From positions 64,001 to 128,000 of IMG/VR virus record IMGVR_UViG_3300027749_000039: a DNA stretch of 64,000 bases; one strand, 5' to 3'. Under the pieces are notes generated by a model. It was not told the origin of the DNA. It did no database searches and saw only the letters and a list, made by a program, of their open reading frames with translations. Within the stretch, counting starts at the first letter, position 1, and each line of letters starts with the position of its first letter. This DNA is from a virus. This document shows, in pieces, positions 27,816 to 39,266 of this stretch. Position numbers and translations under genes: made by a program.

Positions 27816-28022
27816 ATGAAAGTAAAAAAATTTAATGAAAGTGTTTTTAATACTTTAGTTGACCAACGACTTGATGAGTGTATCTCTATGATAGGTAGTT
27901 CTTTTAATTTAGAAGTTAAAGATAAAGAAGCTGCTAAAAAAGATTTAGTAGAATTGCTTGAAAAGCATTATATTACAATAAACCAAGATGATAGTATGAA
28001 TAGTGGTGAATTTAAATTCTAA
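27816..28022 (+). CDS. hypothetical protein with capsid-targeting-like N-terminus (MKVKKFNES)
   Basis: ORF; upstream TATATA. Confidence 0.55.
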   Translation: MKVKKFNESVFNTLVDQRLDECISMIGSSFNLEVKDKEAAKKDLVELLEKHYITINQDDSMNSGEFKF

Positions 28023-28053
28023 AAACAATCCGTAAAACTTACGGATTGTTTTT
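28021..28053. terminator. intrinsic terminator
   Basis: aaaaacaatccgtaa-aac-ttacggattgttttt. Confidence 0.8.
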
Positions 28054-28066
28054 TTATATAACACCT

Positions 28067-28582
28067 ATGAAGAAAAAGAGAGACAACTTAAAAAAGTATA
28101 TATCTAGAATAATACAGGAATCTCATAATAATAATATGATAAGACAAACTAAATATGTAGATAATTTCTACTATTGCGAATATAATGAGGAAATATCTAA
28201 AAAATTCTATAAGTTTTTAGAATTGGCTTTAAATTTAAAAGTTGATACTACTATCGGTGTGGATAATATATGTTTAAATATAAATTTGTCCGAGTATGAT
28301 AAATCAAATCAAACAGCAAACATAGGTAAAACGGTTAATAGTATATATGATGATAGTTTTATTACTTTTTATATAACAAAAACAAATTTTAAAATTAACC
28401 GGAACCACATGGAAATATGTGGGTATAAAGATAATTTCATATATAACTTATTTAAAGACAAGATTATCCAATCACATGAGCAAAAATCATCTGATATATT
28501 TCATACAACTATTAATGATATTTTAGATAAGGTGCCGCATATTGGTAGAGAATATAAAATAGACGAAATCTTGAACGATTAA
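28067..28582 (+). CDS. hypothetical protein with C-terminal REYKIDEILND tail
   Basis: Start moved to MKKKRD downstream of the terminator. Confidence 0.55.
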   Translation: MKKKRDNLKKYISRIIQESHNNNMIRQTKYVDNFYYCEYNEEISKKFYKFLELALNLKVDTTIGVDNICLNINLSEYDKSNQTANIGKTVNSIYDDSFITFYITKTNFKINRNHMEICGYKDNFIYNLFKDKIIQSHEQKSSDIFHTTINDILDKVPHIGREYKIDEILND

Positions 28583-28614
28583 AACTTTTCGCTTAATTTT
28601 ATATATCATCTTAT

Positions 28615-30309
28615 ATGATTATAAGCGAAATCACACTTAAAAACTTTAAATCTTTCGGCAATAACGAGCAAACATTAAAACTAAACACACAAAGCGGTGA
28701 ACTAATACTTTTAGCAGGTTCAAATGGTAATGGTAAATCATCTTTGATTGAATCATTTGAATATGTGCTTTATAACTGCGTTAAAAGTGGTAAAAGTAAA
28801 AAATGGGCTACTTTGTCTTCTCTTCCGAATAGAATTAATGGAGAGTTATTAACTAAAATAAAGTTTAATTCTGGTGGAGTAGAAGTAGATGTTGAAAGAG
28901 GATATGCACCAGCCGTCCTTAAATTGACTGAAAATGGAATTACAAATGAAAGAGCTGGTAAATCTAATCTAAATGATACAATAGAAAAGTATATAGGTTT
29001 CGATGTAGAAACATTTAAGTCATTTATTTCTATGTCAGTTAATAATTTTAAAAACTTTATATCACTTTCTAATGAGGAGAAGCAAATACTTTTAGATAAA
29101 TTATTTAATTTAGAGGTAATAAATATTTTAAATAGTATATTAAAAGATTTAAATAAATCAAATAAAGCTTTAATTTTAAAACATGAAACTGAAATTAATA
29201 CCTTAGAAGGTTCAATTAATTCTATTCGTGTATCTATACAAAAATCTTTGGAAAAAGAACAAGAAGATATACAAGGTGAGATACAAAGTCTTAAAGATTT
29301 AATGGAAGCACAAAAAGGTAAATATGCTGAATTAAAGGAAAAAGTTGAAAAAATTAAATTAAAAGACCAAGAGTTAAAGCAACAAGTAGATAAAGAAAGA
29401 GAGCAGTATATGCTGGTGCAAAATGAGGTTAGAAACACTCAAAAAAGCATTGATTTATATAATTGTGGTAAATGTCCTACATGTGAAACGTCTTTTGATG
29501 GAGAACATTTTGTTAGTTTATTAGAAACTTTAATTGAAAAAAAGAAATCATCTGACGCAATTAAAGGCGAAATGGAAGCAAATATTGTTTCTCTTAAAGA
29601 GAAACAAAAGAAATTGCAAAGTATTTCGGATGAAACTACAAAAGCGTTTAATGATATAACTTATTTGTTGAAGAATTATAAGGCTCAAATTGATAAATTA
29701 CAATTAAAAGCTAATAATGAAACAAAATCTTCTACTTCGGTTCAAGAATTTGAAAATACTATTTTAGAATTAGTTTCAAAAAAAGAACAAAGTCAAGGAA
29801 ATTGTGATTTATTTAAAGAAAAAGAAACATATTATAAAGAATTAACGAAAGTATTTTCAGATGAAGGTGTTAAAAAATCTATTATAGCTGGTATAATTAA
29901 ACCTATTAATCTGTTTATAACAGAGAATATAAAACATATGGGTTTACCTTTTACGGTTCAATTAGACGAAACATTTACTGCTGAAATTAAACAATTTGGA
30001 GTAGTAGTTGAGCATGATTCTCTTTCTACTGGTGAAACAAGAAGGTTAAATCTTGCAATTTTAATTGCTTATTTAAAATTGATTAGGACAAAGAGACATA
30101 TTAATATATTATTTTTGGATGAAGTATTTTCTTCAATAGATTTAGAAGGTATAGAAAGCATTTTATTTTTATTAAAGCAATTTGCTACATCATATAATAT
30201 AAATATATTTGTGGTGCATCATGCAATTATGAATAGAGAGTATTTTGATAGGATAATACAAATAGATAAAAATGTATTTTCGGAAATAAAAGAATTAGTA
30301 AATGAATAA
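28615..30309 (+). CDS. SbcC/Rad50/T4 gp46-like recombination ATPase
   Basis: Walker A GSNGNGKS, Zn-hook CPTC, signature LSTGE, Walker B FLDEVF, H-loop VVHH. Confidence 0.92.
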   Translation: MIISEITLKNFKSFGNNEQTLKLNTQSGELILLAGSNGNGKSSLIESFEYVLYNCVKSGKSKKWATLSSLPNRINGELLTKIKFNSGGVEVDVERGYAPAVLKLTENGITNERAGKSNLNDTIEKYIGFDVETFKSFISMSVNNFKNFISLSNEEKQILLDKLFNLEVINILNSILKDLNKSNKALILKHETEINTLEGSINSIRVSIQKSLEKEQEDIQGEIQSLKDLMEAQKGKYAELKEKVEKIKLKDQELKQQVDKEREQYMLVQNEVRNTQKSIDLYNCGKCPTCETSFDGEHFVSLLETLIEKKKSSDAIKGEMEANIVSLKEKQKKLQSISDETTKAFNDITYLLKNYKAQIDKLQLKANNETKSSTSVQEFENTILELVSKKEQSQGNCDLFKEKETYYKELTKVFSDEGVKKSIIAGIIKPINLFITENIKHMGLPFTVQLDETFTAEIKQFGVVVEHDSLSTGETRRLNLAILIAYLKLIRTKRHINILFLDEVFSSIDLEGIESILFLLKQFATSYNINIFVVHHAIMNREYFDRIIQIDKNVFSEIKELVNE

Positions 30310-30562
30310 ATTAAAAGAAGGTGATACACTAATTTGTCGCAAAGATGTAGTTGATACCATAAGTGGTGATATACTATTTAATATAGGACTTAATTATGTG
30401 ATAGACTATGTAGGTAGGTTAAATATTGAGGTTAAAGATAATAAAAATGATACTTGGGACTTTTTGACAGATGAAACTTATCCTTCTTATATTTATAAGA
30501 CATTTATAACTCTTGCAGACTGGCGGGAAGTTCAAATTGATAATATATTAAATGATGAATAA
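30302..30562 (+). CDS. small protein with C-terminal LADWREVQIDNILND tail
   Basis: KEGDTLICRKD N-terminus; shared tail. Confidence 0.6.
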   Translation: MNKLKEGDTLICRKDVVDTISGDILFNIGLNYVIDYVGRLNIEVKDNKNDTWDFLTDETYPSYIYKTFITLADWREVQIDNILNDE

Positions 30563-30827
30563 GTTTTATAAAATAAAAAGAAGGTGGAAATCTATAAAAA
30601 AGTTTATTATAGTGTTTTTATTATCATTCCTATTAATGGAAATAATAGAGCATAGTATAACTTACTTTTTTAAGATAGATTTACATCAATTGAAATGGGG
30701 TTGGATTGGATTTATATTAATATATGGATTTAAATATCATATATTATGTTGTATAATTCCTGGTATATGGACTACTTATAAGTGTAGGCATAAAAATAAA
30801 TGTGAGCATACTCACTGCGATATATAA
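30552..30827 (+). CDS. small membrane protein with Cys/His-rich C-terminus
   Basis: Hydrophobic segments; KCRHKNKCEHTHC. Confidence 0.55.
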   Translation: MMNKFYKIKRRWKSIKKFIIVFLLSFLLMEIIEHSITYFFKIDLHQLKWGWIGFILIYGFKYHILCCIIPGIWTTYKCRHKNKCEHTHCDI

Positions 30828-30829
30828 AA

Positions 30830-31567
30830 ATGGATAAATATAAAAATTATTACGGAATACTTGGTGTTAATAAGACAGCTACACCAAAAGAAATTAAAAC
30901 ATCTTATTATGCTATATCTATGGATTCACATCCGGATAAAGGTGGTGATGAAAATATATTTAAAGAAATAACAGAAGCTTATAAAGTGTTATCAAATAAA
31001 ACTACAAAGGATGATTATGATTCTAAATCAAAATTTGGTGCAAATTATGATGAGTTATTAGAGATTTATGATTTTGAGTTTAGTAATGAAACTAAAAATT
31101 ATGAAAGAGATAATGATATGTATCGTGAGTGGAAAGATAAAGAAGAATTAACTATAATTCTTCATATTGATGAAACTTTTAATGGTTCGATTGAATATGA
31201 AAGATATGTTTTGTGTAAGAAATGTGGTGGTTGTGGAAAAGATAATGACTCTAAAATTGCAATTAAAGACGAAACAGGTAAAATTATTAAATATTTTGAT
31301 GCATCTGAAGGTTGTGATTTTTGTGAAGGAACTGGTAAATGGGGTGAATTAGATTGTTTATATTGTTTTGGTGCTGGTAAAGTAAATGGTAAAGATTGTG
31401 ATACTTGTAAAGGCGAAAAAAGAATAAAGGGTAAGCAGAAAATAAATGGTATAAAAATAAAAGCAGATAATAAAGATCATAAAATAGAATTTATGGGTCA
31501 TGTATCAAAAGATATACCAGGAAAAGTAGGACATTTATGGTTAATAATAAAAAAAGCGACTGAATAA
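30830..31567 (+). CDS. dnaJ: DnaJ-like co-chaperone (J domain plus Zn finger, short C-terminus)
   Basis: NYYGILGV, HPDKGG, four CxxCxGxG repeats. Confidence 0.88.
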   Translation: MDKYKNYYGILGVNKTATPKEIKTSYYAISMDSHPDKGGDENIFKEITEAYKVLSNKTTKDDYDSKSKFGANYDELLEIYDFEFSNETKNYERDNDMYREWKDKEELTIILHIDETFNGSIEYERYVLCKKCGGCGKDNDSKIAIKDETGKIIKYFDASEGCDFCEGTGKWGELDCLYCFGAGKVNGKDCDTCKGEKRIKGKQKINGIKIKADNKDHKIEFMGHVSKDIPGKVGHLWLIIKKATE

Positions 31568-31587
31568 GTCGCTTTTTTTATTATTAA
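31541..31587. terminator. bidirectional terminator (21-bp arms)
   Basis: ttaataataaaaaaagcgact-gaata-agtcgctttttttattattaa between convergent genes. Confidence 0.85.
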
Positions 31588-34500
31588 AAAGTTCTAGTTA
31601 TAGTAGCTGCGGTGTTAGATGCTGGGTTAGTAAACATATTACCACTATTTGCTGGTGTATAAACACTGCTCGAACTACCAATAGTATCTACATCTATTGT
31701 TAATACTATATTACCAACATAGTTGTAATTAGCATTAGTGTAATCAATATAAGGAGCGATAGCTACATATGGATAATATATTGTTTGATCTATATTTGAT
31801 TCTGTTGCATACTGTAAGAACGGAATCATATCTACTTCATAAAAAGACATATTTGTTATAGATGCACTTAAACTACTATACATATATAAATCGAATGATT
31901 TCTTGTTATAAAAGTATTCAGTTTTAGTTAATACGCTAGTTAATGCGTGATTGAATGAACCAGGTGAAGCAGCCCAACCTACGCTCTCATTATAAGAAGT
32001 ATTGAGTATTCTTATATTAGTAGCTTGATGTGGTTCAGTAAATGTCATATCAACTTGGTAATATCTATCAGATTCAGTATTTAATTTAACATTTGTATTG
32101 CTTATAATTAATTCACCACCTTGTAAGTTTAATAGTTCTGAAGTTGGATCAGTCATGTTTGATTCTACATCAGTTGTGCCATATGTATTAGAATATGTCC
32201 AGCTATTATTTAATAAATTATCTAAACCTACATATGCATTAGTAGAAGATACTGGATTTTCAAAATTACCGCTATCTGGTATTAGATTATTGTATATTGT
32301 TGACTTATTACCCAACATATAATTAATATTATTATTACCTATTTTAAAATATGAATTAGAACTTAATATATCATAAGTAGGTGAACCATAAATATTTTGA
32401 TAATTATATGTATAAGGATATTCACCGCCACCACCACTTATAAATGTGCTAAATATAGTGCTTTTTTTATTTAAATTAACTTGTGATTGTGTTGAATAAT
32501 TAACATCAATCCAAGATAGATATAATGAAGAATTTGCTTGACCTACATTATTATCTTTAAATGAGAAATTTTGAACTAATCCAGTATTATATGTAGCAAT
32601 GCCACCAGTTATAGAATAAGTTCCAATAGAAGACATAAAATGCCCACCATCAAATATACCATCTATTAAATGCGAATTAGACATTTCAGCTATATATGGA
32701 TAACCTTTAAATAATCCATAATTCCATATACCACTAAAATAACCACATAAAAATCCACCTGAAAGCCAAACATTTTTGCTTAAGTAAATAAGGTGATTTT
32801 GTGAATCTTTTGTTATTTCAAGTATTGGTGAAGTTAACGTATATTCCAATACTATTGATGAATTATCAACATAAACAACTTTGAACTTATCTTTTAATAA
32901 TTTTCTTATACCATTTACATCTATTCCAATTACATTACCAACACTCACATAATCACCTATATTAAATATAGTTGTTATAGTTGTGTCTATAAATTTTAAT
33001 TGTAATCTATGTGTATATTTGCTAATTTTTATATAAGAAGCTACAGGATATAAATCACAATAAGTTAATGTATCATCATTTCTATAACCATTTTCCCATA
33101 TACCATTTTCCCATACTCCACTATAGAACATACCATTCCCATATTGTAATCCAACACCAATATCACTTGTTAAAGTTAATGCTGGTAAAGATAAAGTTGC
33201 GGTAATAGAAGGTGAAGCACTTGCGCCATATACATTATATAATTTATTATTATATAATGGATTATATGATATAAGAGATTCATTTACGGTAACTGATAAT
33301 ATAGAAACTTGCTCTGCTAATGAATTACCAGAAGAGCTTTTAAGTATCTGTAATTTTGTATTTGTAAATCCGCTAGTCCAGTAATATATATCGTCTTTAG
33401 TATAGCTTTTTGTTATAGTAGATGTTCCTACCGCACAATTTGTATATGAAACAGTATAGCCCATTTGAACTCCTATTTGAACATTATTTGGCATACTTGT
33501 TATAGATAATGTTAGTGGATAGTCAATATGCACTATAACTTTTACAGTATAATTTGCATAATCAGTAAATACATTATTTGAGAACACACCGCCACTTTGA
33601 ATCATTCCAGTCAAAGGATATGATGTATAATTATTTGGTTGATTTAACTTATAATTATTTGCTGGAATTGTAGTCACATTGACATGTGCAAAGGTGTATA
33701 ATCCACCTGAATATGAATGTGCAGGATAATATGTTGTGACAGTATATGTAGATGAATATGTCCATGTGCCTAATACAGCCCAACCTCTATTATCACCACC
33801 TGCAGCATATGTAAATGTAGGATCATATAATACTTCTGGTGAACTTCCTGTGAAGGCATTCATCAAATGTATAGAATTATTATTAGAAGCTGAAGCTATA
33901 TTATATAATACAGATTGTGCCATCGGATCAATAATCTGTAACTGTGTAGAATCTATAGTTGAAGTTCCAAAGTTTGAACCATACCAGTTACCATTTCTCC
34001 ATAAACCAGATTCCCAATATATATTTTCAGCAGTTCCATAATTCCATGTTCCTTTTCTCCAGATTCCACCTAACATATAACCACTGTTAAACTTACCATC
34101 TTTCCACTCCGATATATAGAATGCGCTATTATTAAATACACCATTAATCCAAACACAACTATTATTGAAATTAAATGATAGTGTATTAGAGTTAGTGCCT
34201 CCTGATAAACTTTGATCAATAAAAGGATTAAATGAGCTACTATTAAATTCTCCACTAATGAAAGAACCATTTAACCAAGCACTATTGTAGATAATACCTG
34301 AGCTATGTGAGAAAGTTCCACCTAACCAAAGCATATTTTGGAAAACAACGTTATTTGTGATTTTTTTAGTATCTGTTGCTCTTAATAGCTCTGTGTAAAC
34401 TCTTTGATTGGGATTACCAATATGTGCTTGTGTAACAACATAGCCATCTAACCATATACCATAATAGTTATTAGTAAATGAGTTTACAAAATTGATTTCA

Positions 34501-37500
34501 TTTTTAAAACTCGCTGTTGTTGAACTACCATTAAATTTACCATTTGTAAATACACCTGAATACCAAAATTTACCATTAAATATACCACCATTAAACTCAC
34601 CATCATACCAAGTTGAGTTGGTAACAAATACTGGTTCGCCAAATTGACCTCCGTTAAATTTACCATATTCCCATGAACAATTCTCTACTCTTATATCTGT
34701 ATCTAATGATACTATACTTATAGTAAATCCAGTGCCAGTACTTGTTGTATTTGGTATAGTATTATAATTTCCTATTGCATAATTATTACCTTTTTCGTCT
34801 ATTGTGTAACTTACAATATGTCCGATTGAGTTATTATATAGACTAGTTGAATGTGTAGTTGTTGAAGGTGTATAACCAGTTCCATAAGATGATAGTGTAA
34901 ATGAAGTCACATTACCAATGTAACCCACTGATAGCACTTGACCAGATGCAGGTGTTGTGCCATTACTTATTGTAAATGAATCACCTACTATATAGCCTAA
35001 GCCTGGTGAAACAATAGATGCGTCTATTATTGGACCAGAATTACCACTATAAAGAATAGAGCTATATGTACCCGAAGCTGAAAATCCAAATCCATTGCTT
35101 AATATAGTAAATCCGGTAACAGTTCCGCCAGTACTAACTGATATTCTACCTCTTGTTTGTGAGGTGTTAGAAAAGTTATCAATATAGGCTAATTCGCTAG
35201 AGGTGTAACCAGTTCCGCCAGAATATATATTATATGTTAATATACTAAAAGTAGGTGCGGCACTTACTGTTAATACTCTTAATATAAATCCAGAGCCAGC
35301 AGTATTACCAACTGCATTTATTTGTAAAGTTAGTCCACTAGCATTGCTTACACTATTAATTGTTCCTGTGGCTGTGTTATCACCACCTATTATGCTAAAT
35401 GTATCACCTATATTAAATCCATATCCAGGATTTAATATACTTGTTGAATAATGTGATACATTACTTGAAGTGTAACCATAGTATGATAAAAATTTGCCAT
35501 TATTGAATATACCATTTTTCCATTTAGCAAATCCGTCAAATCTACCTCCATTAAAAGTGCCATTATACCAAGTAGATTGTGCATCATCGCCAAAACTTGT
35601 AAATTCTCCATCGTTAAATACTCCATTATACCAATGTATAGTTGAAGCACCGCCTATTATAGCACTTTCGACAGTTCCGTTATACCAATATGTTTGTGTG
35701 GCACCTACACTTAAATTCGGGTAATAACCCATAGTGGTTATTAAATATGGTGAATTTTTTAATCCCAGTATACCATTATTCCATATACCACCATACCATT
35801 TTGAATTATATAGTCTACCATTATTAAATACACCATCTATCCATACTGAATTATAGAATTGTCCGCTATTAAATATACCATCTCTCCAAGAGCGATAATA
35901 ACCTACGCTATAATCATCATATGATGTTAATGTAATTGACGTATCATCCGAATTTACAAAATAACCATTATTAAAAGTGCTATTCAACCAATATCCGTTA
36001 TTAAATACTCCATTTGAAAAAGTTTGTCCAGAAAATATATTATTAAATGAAATAGCATTATTCCAAGTTGTGTTCAAGATGTGTGATTTATATATAACAC
36101 CACTGTTTATAGCATTGAAATCATCTTTAAATAAAGTATTTATAAATCTTAATTTATCTATATTACTTACAGTTAAGTTTTGATCAGTATTATCAAACGT
36201 AGAATTGTATATTGTTGAATTATTTATTAAAATTGTTTTAAATAAACCAGATTCTATCGTTGAATTTTCTATTTTAAATCTATTTACACTAATATAATTT
36301 GGTAAAAATCCATTTATAGAAAATACACCACCAGGTGTCAGTCCTAATATATTATTAGTTACTTCTGTTAAATACAATTGTCTCCAAGTAGATACAGGTG
36401 TTATATATTCTACTTTAAATGTTCCAGAAAATTTTGTAACATTTGAATAAATATCAGTATAGTCAATACCGTTTAACCATATATAGTCATCTACATCAAA
36501 TGTATCATATTGATTATATACATCAGTAGTTAATCTAATTATTAAAGAATTTGTTGAACCAAATGGCATTGATATGCCTAAATTGTCACCATCTAATTGT
36601 ATTTTAGACGAGATGCTATTAAAACTAGAACCACTTTCCCAAGTAGAGTTTAATAATAATCCACTTTCGAAATCAGCTATGGATAACATAGTATCAGTAA
36701 ATAAATTATTTACTGAATATGGTGTGATAATGCTATTATTAGATGTAATTGTAGAGCCTGATTGATACCATGCTAATGTACTTCCTAAATCAATATCAAT
36801 TGATGGTAGTTCGGTTGTATTTGCTGTATGTGTAGTCGAATAAATAGAACCATCAAAATTTATAGAAGTTTTGTATAAGTTTTCATTTTTATTCTTTCTA
36901 GATACAATTATTGGATCTGTTGATAGTTCTGGATTATTAAAATAGTCTAGTATATACTCATTCTCTATATTTAGATAAACTTTATTTTCATCGTTAAATG
37001 ATGTTAAATATAAATCCTTTTTAATTTTATCAATATGTATAACTTCAAAATTTTGCATCCTTAATAAATCTATTTCGGATATAAATAATTTTAAAATTCC
37101 TCTTAATGAGACTCCATCAATAGTATAACTCCATAAATCTGCCTTTAATATATTTACACCATTTTCGGAATTATATGTACCACTTGCTACACTATTCTTA
37201 ATTTGATTAGAGGATAATCTACTTGTCTGTACTTTGGAATTAATAATATTAGAATCTAATATGCTAGAATTAGATAGCAATGCTGTGTTAAAATCGCAAA
37301 ATTTATAATAACCGCTTTTAGAAGCTATTGAATAAGAATATGATAGTCCATAATATACGTCTAAACTACTTATTCCATAATTAGTTAAACCTATATTACA
37401 ATTATTGAAATTACCATTTATTATACTTGCTTGTTCTATATTAGAATCTATGATATAGTTGAACCCAAACCCTTTGTTATTTGAATAATCAGTTGTTTGT

Positions 37501-38603
37501 ATTGGTACTCCATTTGAATTTATGTAACAATAATAATTTTGTAAAAATTCTGTATCACTAAGATTTGTAGGAGAATTAAAGTTTATGCCTCTAGAAGGTG
37601 TTCCTGAATTTATAGTTGAGTTAACGACAGATACCGGTGTGTTTTCATAAAATTGTGCATTTAATAACGCAGTATTAGCATTACCACTATTGGTATTGTT
37701 ATTATTTGTTTTTGAATTTAATACTCCATTTTTCCAATTAGAATTTATAAAAATACCAGAATTCCATTTAGCTGAATTACCATACCAATTTATTTGGTCT
37801 ATATATGTTCCAAATATACCATCATTCCACGTTCCCTTAAATAATCCATTTCTAAAATTTAATTTAGAAATGTATGGTTTATTTGATGGTATATCAAAGT
37901 TCCATTTATTTAGGGTTTCACTATATGCATATACACCTCTTGATTTTAAAGTTGTATTGTTAAATATAATATCTTCACCTATTATTAGTAATTTTCCATT
38001 ATTTGTAAGTGAATATGTTGGTGATCCAGTAGTTGCAAATGGTATAGAAGAAGTGCCTAAAAAATTTCCTAATTCAAACCATAATGATACACCACTTGAA
38101 TTTGATAATCTTTGATAAAACCCAGAATTTGCAATACCACCATATTCTCCAAATATAGAATTTGTTGACCCAGAAAATGTTGAATCTACAAATGCTATAT
38201 TATTTGATAGTTTATATTCAAATTTATTATAAGTATTGTTACTTACATTATCGTAGGAATTAATGGTGGTATTATTAATATAATCAAATTCTCTTTGAGA
38301 AGATATATGATATACCTTAATATACTCATCTATATTATTTATTGATGAAGGTAAGTTGCCTGTGTAATCTATATCTAATGTTACACGGCATCTATCTATA
38401 TCTAAGATTGTATAACCATCTATTCCAGCTGAATAATTACTGGAAGAAATAAAATTATCAGAATCGTAATTACCATTAATTATAAACACCTTATCACCAA
38501 CTACAAAATTAGTGGCGAATTCAGAATAAAATACAGTTTTCTTATAACCGTTATAATTAACTGAATCAACATAATTAAGTAAGCCAGAAGCAAATTTTCC
38601 CAT
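31584..38603 (-). CDS. 2339-aa putative virion/tail protein with WxxGxF repeats and Gly-rich repeats
   Basis: Asn/Ser/Thr/Gly-rich; blocks of WxxGxFxxG; I.xxGxGYxxGD.F.I repeats; TATATA-N4-ATG. Confidence 0.65.
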   Translation of the reverse strand: MGKFASGLLNYVDSVNYNGYKKTVFYSEFATNFVVGDKVFIINGNYDSDNFISSSNYSAGIDGYTILDIDRCRVTLDIDYTGNLPSSINNIDEYIKVYHISSQREFDYINNTTINSYDNVSNNTYNKFEYKLSNNIAFVDSTFSGSTNSIFGEYGGIANSGFYQRLSNSSGVSLWFELGNFLGTSSIPFATTGSPTYSLTNNGKLLIIGEDIIFNNTTLKSRGVYAYSETLNKWNFDIPSNKPYISKLNFRNGLFKGTWNDGIFGTYIDQINWYGNSAKWNSGIFINSNWKNGVLNSKTNNNNTNSGNANTALLNAQFYENTPVSVVNSTINSGTPSRGINFNSPTNLSDTEFLQNYYCYINSNGVPIQTTDYSNNKGFGFNYIIDSNIEQASIINGNFNNCNIGLTNYGISSLDVYYGLSYSYSIASKSGYYKFCDFNTALLSNSSILDSNIINSKVQTSRLSSNQIKNSVASGTYNSENGVNILKADLWSYTIDGVSLRGILKLFISEIDLLRMQNFEVIHIDKIKKDLYLTSFNDENKVYLNIENEYILDYFNNPELSTDPIIVSRKNKNENLYKTSINFDGSIYSTTHTANTTELPSIDIDLGSTLAWYQSGSTITSNNSIITPYSVNNLFTDTMLSIADFESGLLLNSTWESGSSFNSISSKIQLDGDNLGISMPFGSTNSLIIRLTTDVYNQYDTFDVDDYIWLNGIDYTDIYSNVTKFSGTFKVEYITPVSTWRQLYLTEVTNNILGLTPGGVFSINGFLPNYISVNRFKIENSTIESGLFKTILINNSTIYNSTFDNTDQNLTVSNIDKLRFINTLFKDDFNAINSGVIYKSHILNTTWNNAISFNNIFSGQTFSNGVFNNGYWLNSTFNNGYFVNSDDTSITLTSYDDYSVGYYRSWRDGIFNSGQFYNSVWIDGVFNNGRLYNSKWYGGIWNNGILGLKNSPYLITTMGYYPNLSVGATQTYWYNGTVESAIIGGASTIHWYNGVFNDGEFTSFGDDAQSTWYNGTFNGGRFDGFAKWKNGIFNNGKFLSYYGYTSSNVSHYSTSILNPGYGFNIGDTFSIIGGDNTATGTINSVSNASGLTLQINAVGNTAGSGFILRVLTVSAAPTFSILTYNIYSGGTGYTSSELAYIDNFSNTSQTRGRISVSTGGTVTGFTILSNGFGFSASGTYSSILYSGNSGPIIDASIVSPGLGYIVGDSFTISNGTTPASGQVLSVGYIGNVTSFTLSSYGTGYTPSTTTHSTSLYNNSIGHIVSYTIDEKGNNYAIGNYNTIPNTTSTGTGFTISIVSLDTDIRVENCSWEYGKFNGGQFGEPVFVTNSTWYDGEFNGGIFNGKFWYSGVFTNGKFNGSSTTASFKNEINFVNSFTNNYYGIWLDGYVVTQAHIGNPNQRVYTELLRATDTKKITNNVVFQNMLWLGGTFSHSSGIIYNSAWLNGSFISGEFNSSSFNPFIDQSLSGGTNSNTLSFNFNNSCVWINGVFNNSAFYISEWKDGKFNSGYMLGGIWRKGTWNYGTAENIYWESGLWRNGNWYGSNFGTSTIDSTQLQIIDPMAQSVLYNIASASNNNSIHLMNAFTGSSPEVLYDPTFTYAAGGDNRGWAVLGTWTYSSTYTVTTYYPAHSYSGGLYTFAHVNVTTIPANNYKLNQPNNYTSYPLTGMIQSGGVFSNNVFTDYANYTVKVIVHIDYPLTLSITSMPNNVQIGVQMGYTVSYTNCAVGTSTITKSYTKDDIYYWTSGFTNTKLQILKSSSGNSLAEQVSILSVTVNESLISYNPLYNNKLYNVYGASASPSITATLSLPALTLTSDIGVGLQYGNGMFYSGVWENGIWENGYRNDDTLTYCDLYPVASYIKISKYTHRLQLKFIDTTITTIFNIGDYVSVGNVIGIDVNGIRKLLKDKFKVVYVDNSSIVLEYTLTSPILEITKDSQNHLIYLSKNVWLSGGFLCGYFSGIWNYGLFKGYPYIAEMSNSHLIDGIFDGGHFMSSIGTYSITGGIATYNTGLVQNFSFKDNNVGQANSSLYLSWIDVNYSTQSQVNLNKKSTIFSTFISGGGGEYPYTYNYQNIYGSPTYDILSSNSYFKIGNNNINYMLGNKSTIYNNLIPDSGNFENPVSSTNAYVGLDNLLNNSWTYSNTYGTTDVESNMTDPTSELLNLQGGELIISNTNVKLNTESDRYYQVDMTFTEPHQATNIRILNTSYNESVGWAASPGSFNHALTSVLTKTEYFYNKKSFDLYMYSSLSASITNMSFYEVDMIPFLQYATESNIDQTIYYPYVAIAPYIDYTNANYNYVGNIVLTIDVDTIGSSSSVYTPANSGNMFTNPASNTAATITRTF

Positions 38604-38646
38604 CTTATATATAGACCTTTATTCTATATATAAAATAATACTAGTC

Positions 38647-39210
38647 TTAGTAATTAGATTTTACATATTCCACTAATTTAACTAGATTAGCAGAATTTAA
38701 TGGATATTTATCTACCAAAGATTCCAAGAATTTAGTTCTACCTTCTTTATATAAGTCACCAGCAAATTTATATTCATAATGTATACCGCTTTCCCATTCT
38801 AATAGGGAATCGAAGTCTCTTTCAACAATATTCATATCATATTTGTTAAATTTTTCTGATAAATAATTTTCTCCATTATGTAATGCTGTATCTAAAATAG
38901 CTTGCTTAATATCTAATATGTGAATATCTTTCTTTTCTAAGCATAAAGAGTGAAAAAATTCAGCCGATTTAGTTTCATTATCAGTTCTAGTGGGATCATA
39001 AACTATATCATGAAACAAACTAGCTAATAATAATTTTTCGGTAGTTTTCTCATTTAATTTTCCTGCAATATAATCATTTGTAATCATGTTGTTTAAGTCA
39101 ACTAAATGATTTAGGTTATGATAACCTCTATGTGGTTCGTTCCACATTTCTAAAAGCATATCAAGATTTGCTTTTATTTTATATTTTTCCAAAAGTGTGC
39201 TAAAGTTCAT
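38647..39210 (-). CDS. HD-superfamily phosphohydrolase (COG4339-like)
   Basis: EPHRGYHNLNH, LFHDIVYD, NETKSAE, EY......Y..GR..FL. Confidence 0.8.
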   Translation of the reverse strand: MNFSTLLEKYKIKANLDMLLEMWNEPHRGYHNLNHLVDLNNMITNDYIAGKLNEKTTEKLLLASLFHDIVYDPTRTDNETKSAEFFHSLCLEKKDIHILDIKQAILDTALHNGENYLSEKFNKYDMNIVERDFDSLLEWESGIHYEYKFAGDLYKEGRTKFLESLVDKYPLNSANLVKLVEYVKSNY

Positions 39211-39266
39211 AAAATAATTATTTTCTTATATATTTATAATTTAGTTCTACAAAGATACGATTTTAT

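Noticed and set aside
28770-29438. 222-aa antisense ORF inside the SbcC gene
   Set aside because: Shadow of a coiled-coil coding strand; no motifs. The same applies to 2761..3015, 37690..38115, 61864..62379 and the other short overlapping ORFs in the track.
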